Assembly (NCBI GenBank): GCA_965235115.1
Contig: OZ249452.1
Span: forward strand, 15,314,001-15,378,000
DNA length: 64,000 bases
From: Laetmonice hystrix
Lineage: Eukaryota
Direction of reading: 5' to 3'
The translations under genes and the position numbers were made by a program. Shown piece by piece: positions 50,496 through 63,000 of the stretch (position 1 is its first letter; each line of letters begins with the position of its first letter). The notes under the pieces were generated by a model. That model made no database searches. It was given only the letters and a program-made list of their open reading frames with translations, and was not told the origin of the DNA.

Positions 50496-50644
50496 CGACT
50501 AGATCGGTTTTGGCCAAGTAACTTTGGTTGAGCTTTGAGTTTGGTAAGTGGCCCGTTAAGGGTAGAACACATGTAGACCATACGTTCCTGGATTAATTCC
50601 CGCAGTCGTTTCACCCACAACTGTTTGGTCTCCAGCGACGACGC
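50496..50644 (-). CDS. trio: Trio exon: PH1 C-terminal helix and tail (ASSLETKQLWVKRLRELIQERMVYMCSTLNGPLTKLKAQPKLLGQNRSS), phase 0/2
   Basis: ccaccag acceptor and GTAAGT donor; ASS.E.KQ.W.K..RE.IQER PH helix. Confidence 0.94.
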
Positions 50645-51113
50645 CTGGTGGACAAACACGGTACTAATCACTCACCCGGCCACGGATGGCTTTACAGAGG
50701 AACTCCACCATGAAATCTGGGTGTCAAAACTAAACATCTTTCCCATTTTCGGAGCCCCAAACTTTACGCCAATTCGTAACCTCAGTCTACAGACATTTCT
50801 CCTAAAATGATCTCTATCTAAGTTCTGTTCGTACCCCTCAGAAAAACAACACTGGTCATCAGAAAATACAATACATCTGTGGGTTGTACAGAAACGTAAA
50901 GATAGTTAGGGCAACCAAAATGAAATTCTTTGTTTTGAAATCTTGTTTGAGTGGTGAAAAAAAAAATTAATGTGACAACAATTTCAGATTTTACACTGAA
51001 AATCTCGTGACGGGAAACAACAGAGATGTCAATGTCCTGACCTTGTGGACGTATTACGTCCATGGCATGACCTTGAGGACGTATTATGACGTATATTATG
51101 ACGTAAAACTCAC

Positions 51114-51218
51114 CCGCAGGATGATCTTGTAGTCAGAGATGGGGGCTACGGTTCCCGTCCACAGGGCAAACTTACACTCGTCACCCTCTATGTGCTCTGT
51201 CACCCCGATCTCATTGGT
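51114..51218 (-). CDS. trio: Trio exon: PH1 (TNEIGVTEHIEGDECKFALWTGTVAPISDYKIILR), phase 0/0
   Basis: caacag acceptor and GTGAGT donor; GVTEH.EGD.CKFALW motif. Confidence 0.96.
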
Positions 51219-51447
51219 CTGTTGGCATGGCAACCAAAACATTTATAGGTCAAGTTTATTTTAAAAAGGGCAGTCTTTATTACCCATGATATCTTGTTAA
51301 ATTTTCCCCCACAATTTCCCACTGAAGCTCTCTAATGGCTTTAAAGTTTATCTCTGTTAATGCATACATTATGTCCATTGGTTAAAATAATACAAACCTA
51401 GATTATATTATATGATTTACTTTTAAAAAAATAGTGGACTCTCTTAC

Positions 51448-51630
51448 CATTAACTTAAACTTGTAGACGTATTTGGACTTCCCGTTGCTATCCTTCACCT
51501 CCTTAGCAACCAGTAAACACATCTCAAAGAGGAATATGTGGCGTTCGCGGCCCTTCTTGATGAGCTGTTTGGGATCCCAGACAGTGAAACGGTCCTGGAG
51601 TAGGACTTCCCCTAACAATTCCAGATTCTC
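51448..51630 (-). CDS. trio: Trio exon: PH1 N-half (ENLELLGEVLLQDRFTVWDPKQLIKKGRERHIFLFE...YKFKLM), phase 0/0
   Basis: tttcag acceptor and GTAAGA donor; VWDPK.LI.KGRERH.FLFEM motif. Confidence 0.97.
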
Positions 51631-52740
51631 CTGAAATTTGGTGAATTTCGTGTCCTGATTTCGTAGAGTGGCATGAAAATATAACGAAATATTTCACGTG
51701 CAGCAGGCAAGCATAAAGCAGGCAGACAGTACAGAGCATGCAAGACCAACCTGGCCAGGCGGTCGGAAAATAATGTATTATATGCGAAATGTGATAATAC
51801 ATCTGCAAAATGTAAAAATATATCTGCGAATTGTAAAAACATATCTGAGAATTGTAAACAAAATATCTGTGAAATGTAAATAATACATCAGAGAAATGTA
51901 AAAAACAAATCTGAGAAAAGTGATAAGTTTTTGCAGGCTACGACGTGCTAATGGAGTATTTCTGCTCGATGATCGTCATTTCTACAAATTCTCTGCCATT
52001 TTAAGGTTCCAACACTTCGATGCACTTGCAAATTTTTGGAACTTTTCTTAAAATCAGAGCCTTGACAAGAAAGTCGCCTAAATCAGAGAACCCCTTTAAG
52101 AGAACTTGGGCAATGACCTTGAAATCCCTTGCTTGAAGGATTTTCAAGGTTGGCGGGAACTCTGCCAAACCCTATAAAAGTTTCCCTTCCCATGTAAAGT
52201 ACTTCCCGTGTAGTACCATGCATACAGTACTCTGCCATTGTTGTGTACACTCTCGGACATTACACTATACATTACTTCTGACACTGTGCCAGAAACTATC
52301 TCAGTCACACCAGTATACAGCGGATAATTCATGTCATCACTACAGCCATATTGAGAAACGTGTGCACAGATGCCAAAACAAATTACCAAGATACAAAATG
52401 GATTCATTATAGCTACCGGACACATGCAAAACGCTTTCATAGGAGAGAGAAAATCACTACATTCAACCAAACAAATGCAATGTGCATGTCTACACCAAGC
52501 TTCTTTGGTGGTCAAATGAATATCTTGCCTGAATGAACGAAAAATATCATGGGCTTATCGTGGCAAAACTCTTACGTAAAACTAACCCAGAAGGAAGATG
52601 CATGTTTGATAGCAGCAAAGACTTTCAAGGCGAGCAAGAGCTGAATAGTTGTACATTTCATCATTTTCTGCATCTCCGGCAGAGCTGAGCCCACCAAGGT
52701 CACAGACATGTGTCAAGGTCACTGTTTGACCCCTACTCAC

Positions 52741-52818
52741 CTCGAAGCCACTTAGCATGGACAGATGCATGGCATCGTTTGCCTTCTTTGGTACATTCAG
52801 CATCACTTCAAGTCCGTC
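52741..52818 (-). CDS. trio: Trio exon: DH1 end (DGLEVMLNVPKKANDAMHLSMLSGFE), phase 0/0
   Basis: tttttcag acceptor and GTGAGT donor; DGLEVML.VPK.ANDAMHLSML motif. Confidence 0.97.
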
Positions 52819-52932
52819 CTGAAAAACAGCCATAACTTATCAATTTGATTTCTCGTATTAAGTTTGATCAATTAATAATTTCAGCGAAAGTCAAAAGCTC
52901 ATAATCTTTAAGGTCGTTGCTTAGCAACTGAC

Positions 52933-53067
52933 CTTGATTTCGCCTTTTCCCTCCTCACAACAGGAGAGTAGGTCCTTGAGCAGTAGTTGGTACTTTGTGA
53001 TTCGCTGGACAGGTTTGATAAGGTAGGAGGCGATTGGTCCGTTCAAACCATGCTTCCTTTGTTGCTC
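52933..53067 (-). CDS. trio: Trio exon: DH1 CR3 ([45 protein letters not shown]), phase 0/0
   Basis: ttttag acceptor and GTCAGT donor; canonical DH motif [17 protein letters not shown]. Confidence 0.97.
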
Positions 53068-53317
53068 CTAAAATTAATAAAACACAACACCATGGAATTA
53101 GATCATGTCGTTTGATTCTAGTTTGTGAATCAACTGTAGATCCTTATCACGAATACTAGTATTCAGAGCTATGACGGCCATTTTAAATATACTTTTCCGT
53201 TTTCAGTTTTACTTGATACAGTTCCAGGTTCTGCAGAATTAAACAGGTTACTTCACTTGAATTAAACAGTCTATGTTTGGAGATGTGAGGGTGACCGTTT
53301 GTGTGATGGATACTCAC

Positions 53318-53407
53318 GTCAAAGAAAGTTCCTCCCTGAGCCACGAGGAGTTGGTTGGAGTCTGGTTTGTTTTTACAGTAGGTGACGTAGATTGAGAAGT
53401 GCTCGGC
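53318..53407 (-). CDS. trio: Trio exon: DH1 (AEHFSIYVTYCKNKPDSNQLLVAQGGTFFD), phase 0/0
   Basis: gtccag acceptor and GTGAGT donor; YVTYCKNKPDS motif. Confidence 0.96.
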
Positions 53408-53556
53408 CTGGACCACACAAAATATCAGACACGTCACCAAAACAACTTTATTACTATCACCATCTATCAATCATCTTTCTCTCTCAACTTCGTCAATATT
53501 TAAATTTTCTTTATGCATTGTTATTTAATTTTAATTTCATTCACTCCCTAGTACTA

Positions 53557-53802
<246 letters not shown>

Positions 53803-53878
53803 TTACCTACAAATATACCAGCATTTTTTATTATTTTTCTTCATCTTAATTCTATACAGGAAAAAATCCTTTTCTTAC

Positions 53879-53991
53879 TTATTGTGGAAGTCGTAGATTT
53901 CCTGAATGTTGCCGAATATAACATCCTCTTTCCCTGTAATGCCTGAAGGGACGTCATTAGGTGCAGCATTCCGGAACTCTTGTAAATAACA
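53879..53991 (-). CDS. trio: Trio exon: DH1 (CYLQEFRNAAPNDVPSGITGKEDVIFGNIQEIYDFHN), phase 0/2
   Basis: aacag acceptor and GTAAGA donor; IFGNI.EIY.FH motif. Confidence 0.95.
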
Positions 53992-54101
53992 CTGTTCCAG
54001 AAACAAAAATACATTATATAATCTTAGAGCGGAGCTCAGTGAACGCAGGAGGCCGGGACTTTCTCACGCCTCCCGTGTAAGACTTCATGGAAACAGCACT
54101 C

Positions 54102-54118
54102 GCCACCAGGTGGCAGCA
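54102..54118 (+). promoter_or_regulatory. CTCF-consensus motif
   Basis: gccaccaggtggcagca matches the CCASYAGRKGGCRS core; binding is not demonstrated. Confidence 0.6.
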
Positions 54119-54256
54119 CAATCCCCCTCCCTCCGCCCCCTACCATCTCAGTGATCAAATCGGTATCTTACTGCTTACGTAACAGCCCTCCTCCGACCTT
54201 ACCCTTACTCTCACCGCCCTCTGGCGGGTAAATACAAACACGGAGAGGTCACTTAC

Positions 54257-54323
54257 CCGGATGCAGATCTCAAGGTCATTCACGTACGTCCTTTCTGTCT
54301 GCAATAACTCGGCCATGATAAAC
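54257..54323 (-). CDS. trio: Trio exon: DH1 start (FIMAELLQTERTYVNDLEICIR), phase 2/0
   Basis: attgcag acceptor and GTAAGT donor; DH conserved region 1. Confidence 0.96.
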
Positions 54324-55934
54324 CTGCAATAGTACCAACATCCGTTAGTTATATATTCCCCAGGGACGGCCTCGTATCAGGACAAGACGTCGGTTCAGAC
54401 ATTACGACAATATATCCTAACGTCTGCCTAATTTGCTCAAAACCTGTGAAGAATTAATTTCCATATCCAAGTAAGCGAAAAACGGGGGTTCCTTTTTTAA
54501 ACATCATTAATGCCGCACCGTTTTGAATATTCCTGACAGCATCGTATTTTTCAGTGATTTCCCCTGCGTGAGAATATTAATATTTCCACCCATGCGGAGA
54601 ATACCTACATAACAATAATCACTAAACTCCTGTATAGACTGGCTCTCTTTGATGCTCAGTGCCAACTACATTTACAGCACGTGTACATCTATCACCTACA
54701 TCTTCTCATGTCATTATAGTCCGAGCGAGAACACTGGCGCCCAGACACAAGGTTTCAGATATCTGAATAGTGAAAACTGCTGAGACTAGGACAAACAGGC
54801 ACTCTAAGTCTGGGAGGATGAACAGGAAGCGGCAGGGAGCGGTTCACAAGCCTTGCTAGCATGACAAAAATACAATCTTGAAACCATAATAACACATTGA
54901 GGAGGGCAGATATTCAATGTTCTAATACAGAACGAAACAATTCCTTACAATCTGATTGGTCAACTCAAACGTCATTGGTAACGACCATTGCGCTGATTGG
55001 TTAATACTGTCACGTGATACATTTCTTAAGTTCGTATTGGCTAAAATCTACCCAATTAGGTGCCAGGGTTATCTTCCCAATAATACTGAAACTAAAATTA
55101 ACTTTCAGATCATGATCTGGGAATACATTCATTGCGACTCTCACGCCAAATCGGTGTAAATATTCTCCCAGAAATAATTACTAAATATAAACACAATTAC
55201 AGCCACATCTGTTTTACAAGTTACCTGACAATATTAATAGGAAGGCATCAACTACGAAATGTTTTGAATGTTACAAACTGACTGCACAATTACTATAATA
55301 TATGATTGAATCCACATTTAATGAGATCACTGAATAATGAATGATCCTCATCTCACATGGTTTGATGGTAATAAATAAACACAAATGTTTGTCATCAGCA
55401 CGGTACAAACTGCTGCATATAGACAAAAGAAAACTCAGCGCTGACACAGAAATCTGTAAAGACACTGGACAAGATTCTTACTCCTTCTTCCTGGATGCAA
55501 GGGGACGGGTTGGAAGCAAACACACGTACATTGCAGAGTTGCTCATCTAGACTACCAAAACTAACTAACTTCCTGTTTGCTAAACGCATTTCCTTATTAC
55601 ATATTGTCAGAAGAATTTACAGATAAACCTAGGTATGTTTACACTGTCGCCTACTGCATTGTCACTCCTAAACTTTACCTCAAAGGATCCTTCAATGTCA
55701 AGTCAGTTAGGCAATCATCAAATTTTTACTCAATAAATATTATATTTTCCTTCTGGAGTATACACCCTTCCTACAGCTGCGTTCACATAGAACCTTCTTG
55801 GAACGCTGTTCATACTCTGTTACAAATCACCCGGGTACGCTCTCTAGCATTGGTACCGTACTACTGGTGATACTTTAGTTATATCAAATGTGTATGCCAA
55901 TCTGAGGTCTCCAAATATTTTATTTAATACTTAC

Positions 55935-56038
55935 TCTTTCCGCCGAGCCGATTTACGTTTTTCTTCTGTAAGTTCTTTTGCCGTCTGTTGTAACTTTTCT
56001 TCCAGACTCGGATCAGATTTTCTGTCCTCTGAGTCACT
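55935..56038 (-). CDS. trio: Trio exon: pre-DH linker (SDSEDRKSDPSLEEKLQQTAKELTEEKRKSARRKE), phase 0/2
   Basis: gtttcag acceptor and GTAAGT donor; the EEKRKSARRKE motif precedes DH1 in Trio/Kalirin. Confidence 0.95.
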
Positions 56039-56280
56039 CTGAAACACGCAAGAACAAACCTGACATCTTCCAACTGCCACATAAAATCACAATCCCCTTA
56101 TATACAACCATTCTTTCTATCTTTCAACCAAGAATCAAACTTGAAAAGGAGGAATTAACTAAATTTGTCGAAATGAGCATCCGTCGAAATAATAAAGCGT
56201 CACACAGGAAATTGACCAATCAGAGACGGCGACATAAACAAGAGGAGTGTGGGCGGCGCTGATTGGCTAAGCCTACTTAC

Positions 56281-56463
56281 GTCATGTGTGAGGCCTAACG
56301 TCGTCTCCAACTTGACGCGGTATTTCTCCATACGGGAGGAGAAATCTTTGTAGCGTTTGTCGACGGCCGCCACCCATTGTTTGATGCTCGACGCATGCGC
56401 GTGTCCTTTCTCGACTAGACTGTCTGCCAGTTGCAGCAACAACTTCACCTTCTCACGTGTCTC
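56281..56463 (-). CDS. trio: Trio exon: last spectrin repeat (ETREKVKLLLQLADSLVEKGHAHA...LGLTHD), phase 0/0
   Basis: ttccacag acceptor and GTAAGT donor; 61 codons matching the Trio pattern KERVKLLIQLAD..EKGHAHA..VDKRY.DFS.RMEKYR. Confidence 0.96.
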
Positions 56464-57074
56464 CTGTGGAAACGGCAAAAACACAAAATAAGACATTGAA
56501 TTCAATCCAACACTGATCCATCGCTACGAATACGTAATGGTCAAAGAGAATAACGGCTTAGTTCAAACGTAGAAATGAATGTAGCTGGGATATTCCCCCA
56601 GGACTGCTACACCATGTAGGGTAATAAAATGGCCCCTAGGGTCGTATTCTCACTCAACACGAGTGTAAGGTCCCTAAGGACGGTGGAACTGTTCCAGGGT
56701 TTCAGTGTATATGGCCCTCAAGGGACGATTGTCTTAAAATAACACATTTCCCTGTGTGAAAATCAAAGATTCTTTGTTCGCTTCCAACAAAAAACAAAAC
56801 AAAAAAACTTACCCCTTTCCCTACCCATAATCCCTCGATTGTTGGGAATCATATCACCATGGGAGATTAAAGCCTGTCTACTAAACCGACCGACCCTTCA
56901 CTTTAACACATCCTACCTTTAACTCCCTCTCACTACATACCTCAACCAACCACTTTCATTATAAATACTCCTCTAACGTATCCAACCCTCTAACCACATG
57001 TTTGATATCTCCCCACAAAATACAACCCAGTTTTGGTACCAAGAACCCCTCCCCCGCTCCAGTCCTGTTTATAC

Positions 57075-57245
57075 CTTGGTTTTTTTGGGCGGTGTGGCCC
57101 GCATCGACTGAACACTCCGACTTCTGAACCGATCATCAAGATCCCAGAACCACTCTGGTTCCTTCCGACACCGCCGACTGATCCAACTATCCGCATCCAC
57201 CGAGAAAAGTTTCCCCTTCACGAAATCTCTGATCACTGCTGCCAT
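57075..57245 (-). CDS. Candidate alternative first coding exon upstream of the last spectrin exon (MAAVIRDFVKGKLFSVDADSWISRRCRKEPEWFWDLDDRFRSRSVQSMRATPPKKTK), phase 0
   Basis: Kozak AAGATGG; 57 codons ending at AAG|GTATAA (weak donor), in frame with the acceptor at 56463. Confidence 0.42.
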
Positions 57246-59959
57246 CTTGAAGGGAGGGTTGTTCCTCGGGATGTTTACAACTCGTTCTGACAATGTTTTT
57301 CTCGCTCCCAAAGCTTCTCGTGTTGTAACTTCCACTGAGGGAAGTAAAACGAAAGGCAGAGATTGGAAATCTCTTGGAGAAGCTGGGAGGGTAGTTTCTG
57401 TTCTATGCTGGTTTTCTTCCTTTCTTTACCTTTTTATGTAAAGGTAGAATCGTCGGCTTTTATCACAACAATCATTTATGTAAAATATTATCAGGATTGT
57501 CCGTATTTTGGGATGAAAACCCTCAGTTGGTCCACATAGTATACCTCTGTGTGTATACTGGTGTCACTGAGGTTATCAAATATACACGTCACTGACTCAA
57601 AGTATCGCCATGTCACAGGAAATAGGACTTCCCTTTACATCTGTGAAATCGTCGACCTAACTGATACAGGCCTCGTCTCCTCGTGTCCTACACAACTGTT
57701 GCTATGGTAACGATCCTTGACAGCAGACGCCGACTTCTGCCAGATTCATGACAGTTTTTAAAGTGACGGCATAGTCACACACTTGCTCTAGGAAACAGCC
57801 GGAACTTTTGTTCTCAACCAAGCGCCAGATACTAAACCGCTGATACTCCCACTTCAAATTCTCACCTTTGTTTTTTTCTTTGTTTTGACCTACTTTCACT
57901 GCAGGCGTATCCGCATATTCATTTTTTAATGTATACTCTTGTGGTCATGACCTGAACCGCCTGGTTCGTTTTCCTTCAACATAACCACAGGTATTCTGTT
58001 TCACCTTGTGGCATCATTACATGCCATTACACATTAGGACCATTATTTTATCCTTTGTCTCAGTTTAAAATCACATATAAATGATACCCATACGTAAATA
58101 ACGTTGATCCAACGTAAGCTTAGACTACTGATACACAACGTGATATCCCCAATTGTCATACAATATTCACAATTAACATCATGACTTCCAAATGAACCTG
58201 AAAAAAAGCAAAGCAGAATAAAAAATTAAAAAAACATAAAAAGCCCAAACAACCTGGCTCTACATGAACCGGGTCTCTGTGTGCCCGGACTGCACACAGT
58301 AAAAAGGTCACGCTCCGGTGATTTCATTAACCTTCATATCGAACCCAGCGTCTGTGGTACGGCGTCCTGACGCTAGGGGCGTGCATTATGAATGATGCCG
58401 GGCGGAGCTAACGAACCACTTCGGGCTCAATTCAAACCGTCTTCGTTTACTTAATCTATTCCTCTGGCTCTACTTTAAACATCTACCATCAAATATCATC
58501 GGCACACTAAAATAGACAGTTGTTTGCGATATTGTAGCCAGACAACCTTCCTTCTGAAGTTCTTATACTTCTTATACAACACTTCTTACTCCCAGTATCA
58601 AGTGCCAAGCACTATAAATGTCATTTTCATATCACCTGACCTGAACTGTTTGTTCTTCAATGTCAATAGACTGCAAGTCTTAGCATGTTTGTTACTATCT
58701 CCCAGGCCTAATGTCCGCCGGGGACGAACGTTCTATCATAGAACGCCAGCGGGGGTCGGAATTATATCAGAGACTTTGAATCCTCAGGACATATGTGTTC
58801 AATGGTGTCAAGTCCGTGATGTTTAAGGTACCAAAGGATCCTTAAGCAATAGTCGGTAATCTTTGATCTGTGGTTATCCCTCGTATTAATCCCTCTATAT
58901 TAAACCCAGACCGTAACCCCTCAACCAGATAATTCCTGGCGGGTTAGACAGAGTGGTTCCGTTCCTGATCCGGGAAGGTAGATCCAGCAGCATGGACAGG
59001 TACGTATGATCTTTGTGAGATGATCCCGGATTATCCGCGGCGGTGTCATTGTTTGAGGAGATAATCCACGGGTGAACGGCGAGTCCCAGAAACTGGGTCA
59101 ATAGGATGATCCACGCTAGATCCATGCGGACAAGGATCAACAATTATCAAAGCTTGAATGTTAACATTGAACTCAGCGCTTCTCAAGTTCAGGCATCACT
59201 CATTGTAACACTCAGAGAATGAGTGGAGATATTAGTCTTGTATTTCACGGTTTCAAGTTTTCAGATCGTCCAGGTATCATTGGATTAACTGAGATTAACA
59301 TGATCCGTGTAATATCCAGGCGCGTCCGTACACAAAGATTAGCTGGTAGGTTGATCTTGGACCGTTCCGATTGGCAGACTGAGATTGAGGTCGACCAGCG
59401 GGTTAACACAAGCTGTATCGAGGAGGCCGCTGTGGCCTTGTATGAATAGATGATCCCAATATCAGTGAAACCACCAGTTGGTTCCAGGTGTTCTCCACCC
59501 CAGCCGGTCAGGGTTAGATCGTCTCCTGTGGTACACACACTGGTACACTTCAATTACCTGTCAGCGATCACTGGATCGCTAGCAATCGATCCCGGTGCAG
59601 ATATTTACATTCGGCTGCAGATTTTCTTTTCTTATACCGCAACAGTACGGAACAAATCAGTTTATCCCTATAGTTCTACAGTTCTAAAACACTGATTCAC
59701 ACTTCACAAACTCTTTTCATTCCCAAGGGTTGACACCAAACACTGGCCGCCAATGCTACATGCCGAGAATCGCCCGTTACGTCCTGTGTGTCCTGAGCTG
59801 CTGCATATAATAACGTCTTGTTATAATGTTACTACCTGCCGTTCTGGCAACCCTGGCCACAGCGACGGTTCGTTAAGGTCTGGCCGTCACAGTCAAAGTT
59901 GGAATAGTTCCAGTGGGGTTCACACGATCTTCACAAACCCAGCCGGAAAGGCAACCTTC

Positions 59960-60051
59960 GCCTTACACCTTCAAATGACACTGGTAGTCCACTGACACGC
60001 AAACTTTGCCTTACACCTTCAAATGACACTGGTAGTCCACTGACACGCAAA
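59960..60051. repeat. 48-bp tandem duplication
   Basis: gccttacaccttcaaatgacactggtagtccactgacacgcaaa at 59960 and 60008. Confidence 0.92.
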
Positions 60052-63000
60052 ACGTTTGCTTAATTTCTCCCTCGTCTCAGGTCAGCAATTCATGAAGATC
60101 TTACAAATCAGTTTACATCCCCGAAAAAACTGATCGCTCTTTACTTCATTTTGCGATGGGGAATGGTCCATGGATGTGGCGACAAAAACAGAGCATACAT
60201 CCACAAGAATCCTTGGTGAAATGTGTTTGTGTGTATCGTGGGAGTTGGTCGTACACTGGTGTCTGTCGTGTTGCCAGCTGGTCCGACCGTCACATACCGC
60301 CAACTACGACGATCCAAGGGCGGGTATTTTTTGGACGTTTGCTTAAAACCGGAAATTTATCGGACATTTCCATAGACAAACTGCACCAGGTTTTCCTATG
60401 TATGCAGACGCTATCCTACCTCAAGTTCTGAGTACACAACATGTATTGGTGTACACAAATCGTAAGCTATTCCAGATTGATAACAATTCGCAGAGCGACT
60501 ATAAACACATAGGAATTACAATCCAGGACATCAAAGCATACCTATATCCTTTCATAGCTTTCAAACATAGCACTGTAACGTACATACGAGTCTTTTTTCG
60601 TATACAATGTAGTTTTTTTACAAACTACCACCAAGCCAAAAGTTTCACTCGTGTGTGATACGATGAAAATGTGTAGACAGGGATCCCGCCCACAAGCTGG
60701 AGGTCCTTACGTGTAATGTCACTGCGTCACATTCCCCTACAATGACGAGGAAGGCATGATAAAATCCAAACAATCTCTGGCCAGGATGAGGGGCATAGAC
60801 CGGCGAGGGAGGCTGAACAACATCTAATTGTTCCAAAGGTACGCGTGTAACTGTCTTTTGACTAACTCTGCTCCCTCTGGCCTCCACCGATGGGTTGTCA
60901 ACCCTCACCGTTTAAAAAACCACAGCACCGAGTTCCACAATCCCTGCCAGATCATGAACTGTGAAACGTGCCAGGTTCCCATTCTGTTCTCCTCTTCTAT
61001 ACAATCCAGGTGAGTAAAGTCGTTTAATCCATCAATGTCCTTGAACAGGTGAGTCCAGCTGACCTGTCCGTTACGTCCACGTGCTCCCAGCGACCACTAC
61101 AGCCACACGTGTCACTGTATTCCCTGACCGTGCCTCGCTGTCCACACCGCAAACTACGTCCCTCTGTCTCGGAACCAGCGGTGGGGTTTCCACTCCCACA
61201 CCAACCAGCTAACGCTGCCACCAACACTGCCAACCCACTGCCCGTGACCAACACCGTCACGCCTCGCTCTCAGCTGTGTGGGTATTTTTCACCCGCTTCC
61301 ATTCCTGTAAAAGCGGTGGCCAACCAGCGCCACCACACGGCACACCCGCGAACACTACACCTGGCCGCCGCTATCACCAGCAAACAGTGCTGATAAGTCC
61401 CCTTTTTATCACTCAATCAACATTCTCCCGTTGTTGCGTGCGAGCACGCTCCTCCACGGCCAACTGCAGATGTATGTATGTCCCTGAACAGATGCCAGTA
61501 GTCACAGCTCGGGTGCTGACAATAGCGGTGGCAGTTTGAGATTTGGCGGGTGATGTCTAGCTTGGTACACCATCCTCACATCATCAGCAGGAGGTGGTAG
61601 CCGTTTAGCCTCAGCGGGACACTTCTAAAAGACCCCCTTCCTTCTCCCGAGAGCCTCCAAGCCACCCCCTCCCCTCCCAAACTGCCTTCTATTGTCACAA
61701 ACTGCCCAATCAGCTGACAGTTCCAGCCACTCAAGGACATCTTAAAAGAGTTTCAATTAAACATCCGCTGTCTACCGGTCCCCACACAAAGCTAAGTGCT
61801 TCTAAAAATAGCATATGGGGAGCTTTTAATGAGCTGGTCCCTTGACGAGGGAGGGTGGGGGGCGGACTGTGGACTTGTAGGTTCACATAAAACCTGAGAG
61901 CGTTCACAGCATTTTGGTACACAGTATACGATAGTACATGTGACGATATCTGTGACGTGACGTAAACATCACACGTCACATACGTCACGTCCAAGACGGT
62001 GTCTCAGGATAATGATTCCCTCATACAGACGGAAGGTGGAAGATTGAGTGGGGGCGGTTCAGTGAGGTTCCTAAAGTAATGAAGTGTTTGTCAACCAATC
62101 GCGCGGAGTACATCCCCTCAATGTGTCTTCCCATCACGTTCTCCGTGCCCTACCCCTCACCCAAAGGGATGAGTTTAATCTTTACTACCCCTAACCCCCT
62201 CTCCCCACACCCTACCTCTGTTTGCTCAATGGACACTTTAGATTGCTAGCAATTTGTACTACGGGACCAGTATCATTATAAGTTCACATAGACTTGCGTA
62301 CTCCTTCCAGGTCACTGACCAAATAATACCCACCCAGACACCCCCACCCCACCCCTGCCAGGTACCCAGACACCCCCACCCCAACCCCTGCCAGGTGTGG
62401 GGTGCAGTGGTCGGCAGGTGTGGCGGAGAGGGTATATTCTCATTACCTGGCTCAGGTGAGAACGTCAATTTCCCTGTCAGGTACCTACTATATTCAGGTA
62501 TAGGAATTGAAAAAAAAGTTGTTTTTTCGTTTTGCTTTGTTCTGTTATTTTTTTTCGTATATCCTTTTTCGGTACAATTTACAACTGCGATTTTGTGCTG
62601 CTCTACATCCCTGGCTGAGATTCGGTAACCATCAATCCTGTAGCGGTCAATGTCGGAGTCCTATATATCTCTACCTGGGCAGGTCTTGATGTATCAAAGA
62701 ACAAAGGGCTCATAAAAAACCAAGGCCCTCAGGCAAACTTTATTAACCAAGACCCTCTAGGCAAACTTTATCAACCATTTAAAGCCAATGAAACATACAC
62801 GACTCGCATACTGTTCTGGTGTTTTTTGGTGTTTTTCTTTCTGCGGCGGGTTCGTTGGACCACAGTAATATCAAATTCCTGGCAGGTCTGGGGTAGCGAC
62901 GTGTTATGTTCCTATCTCTGTCAGCACCCCCTCCCCCTACTAACACCCCCACCCCCTCCACCCCCATTGTCAGCGGCGAGCGCTCGGTGCGATTACCTCC

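Noticed and set aside
60985-61055. Two plus-strand CAG|GTGAGT motifs 38 nt apart, suggesting an antisense transcript
   Set aside because: No consistent plus-strand exon structure or ORF could be assembled.
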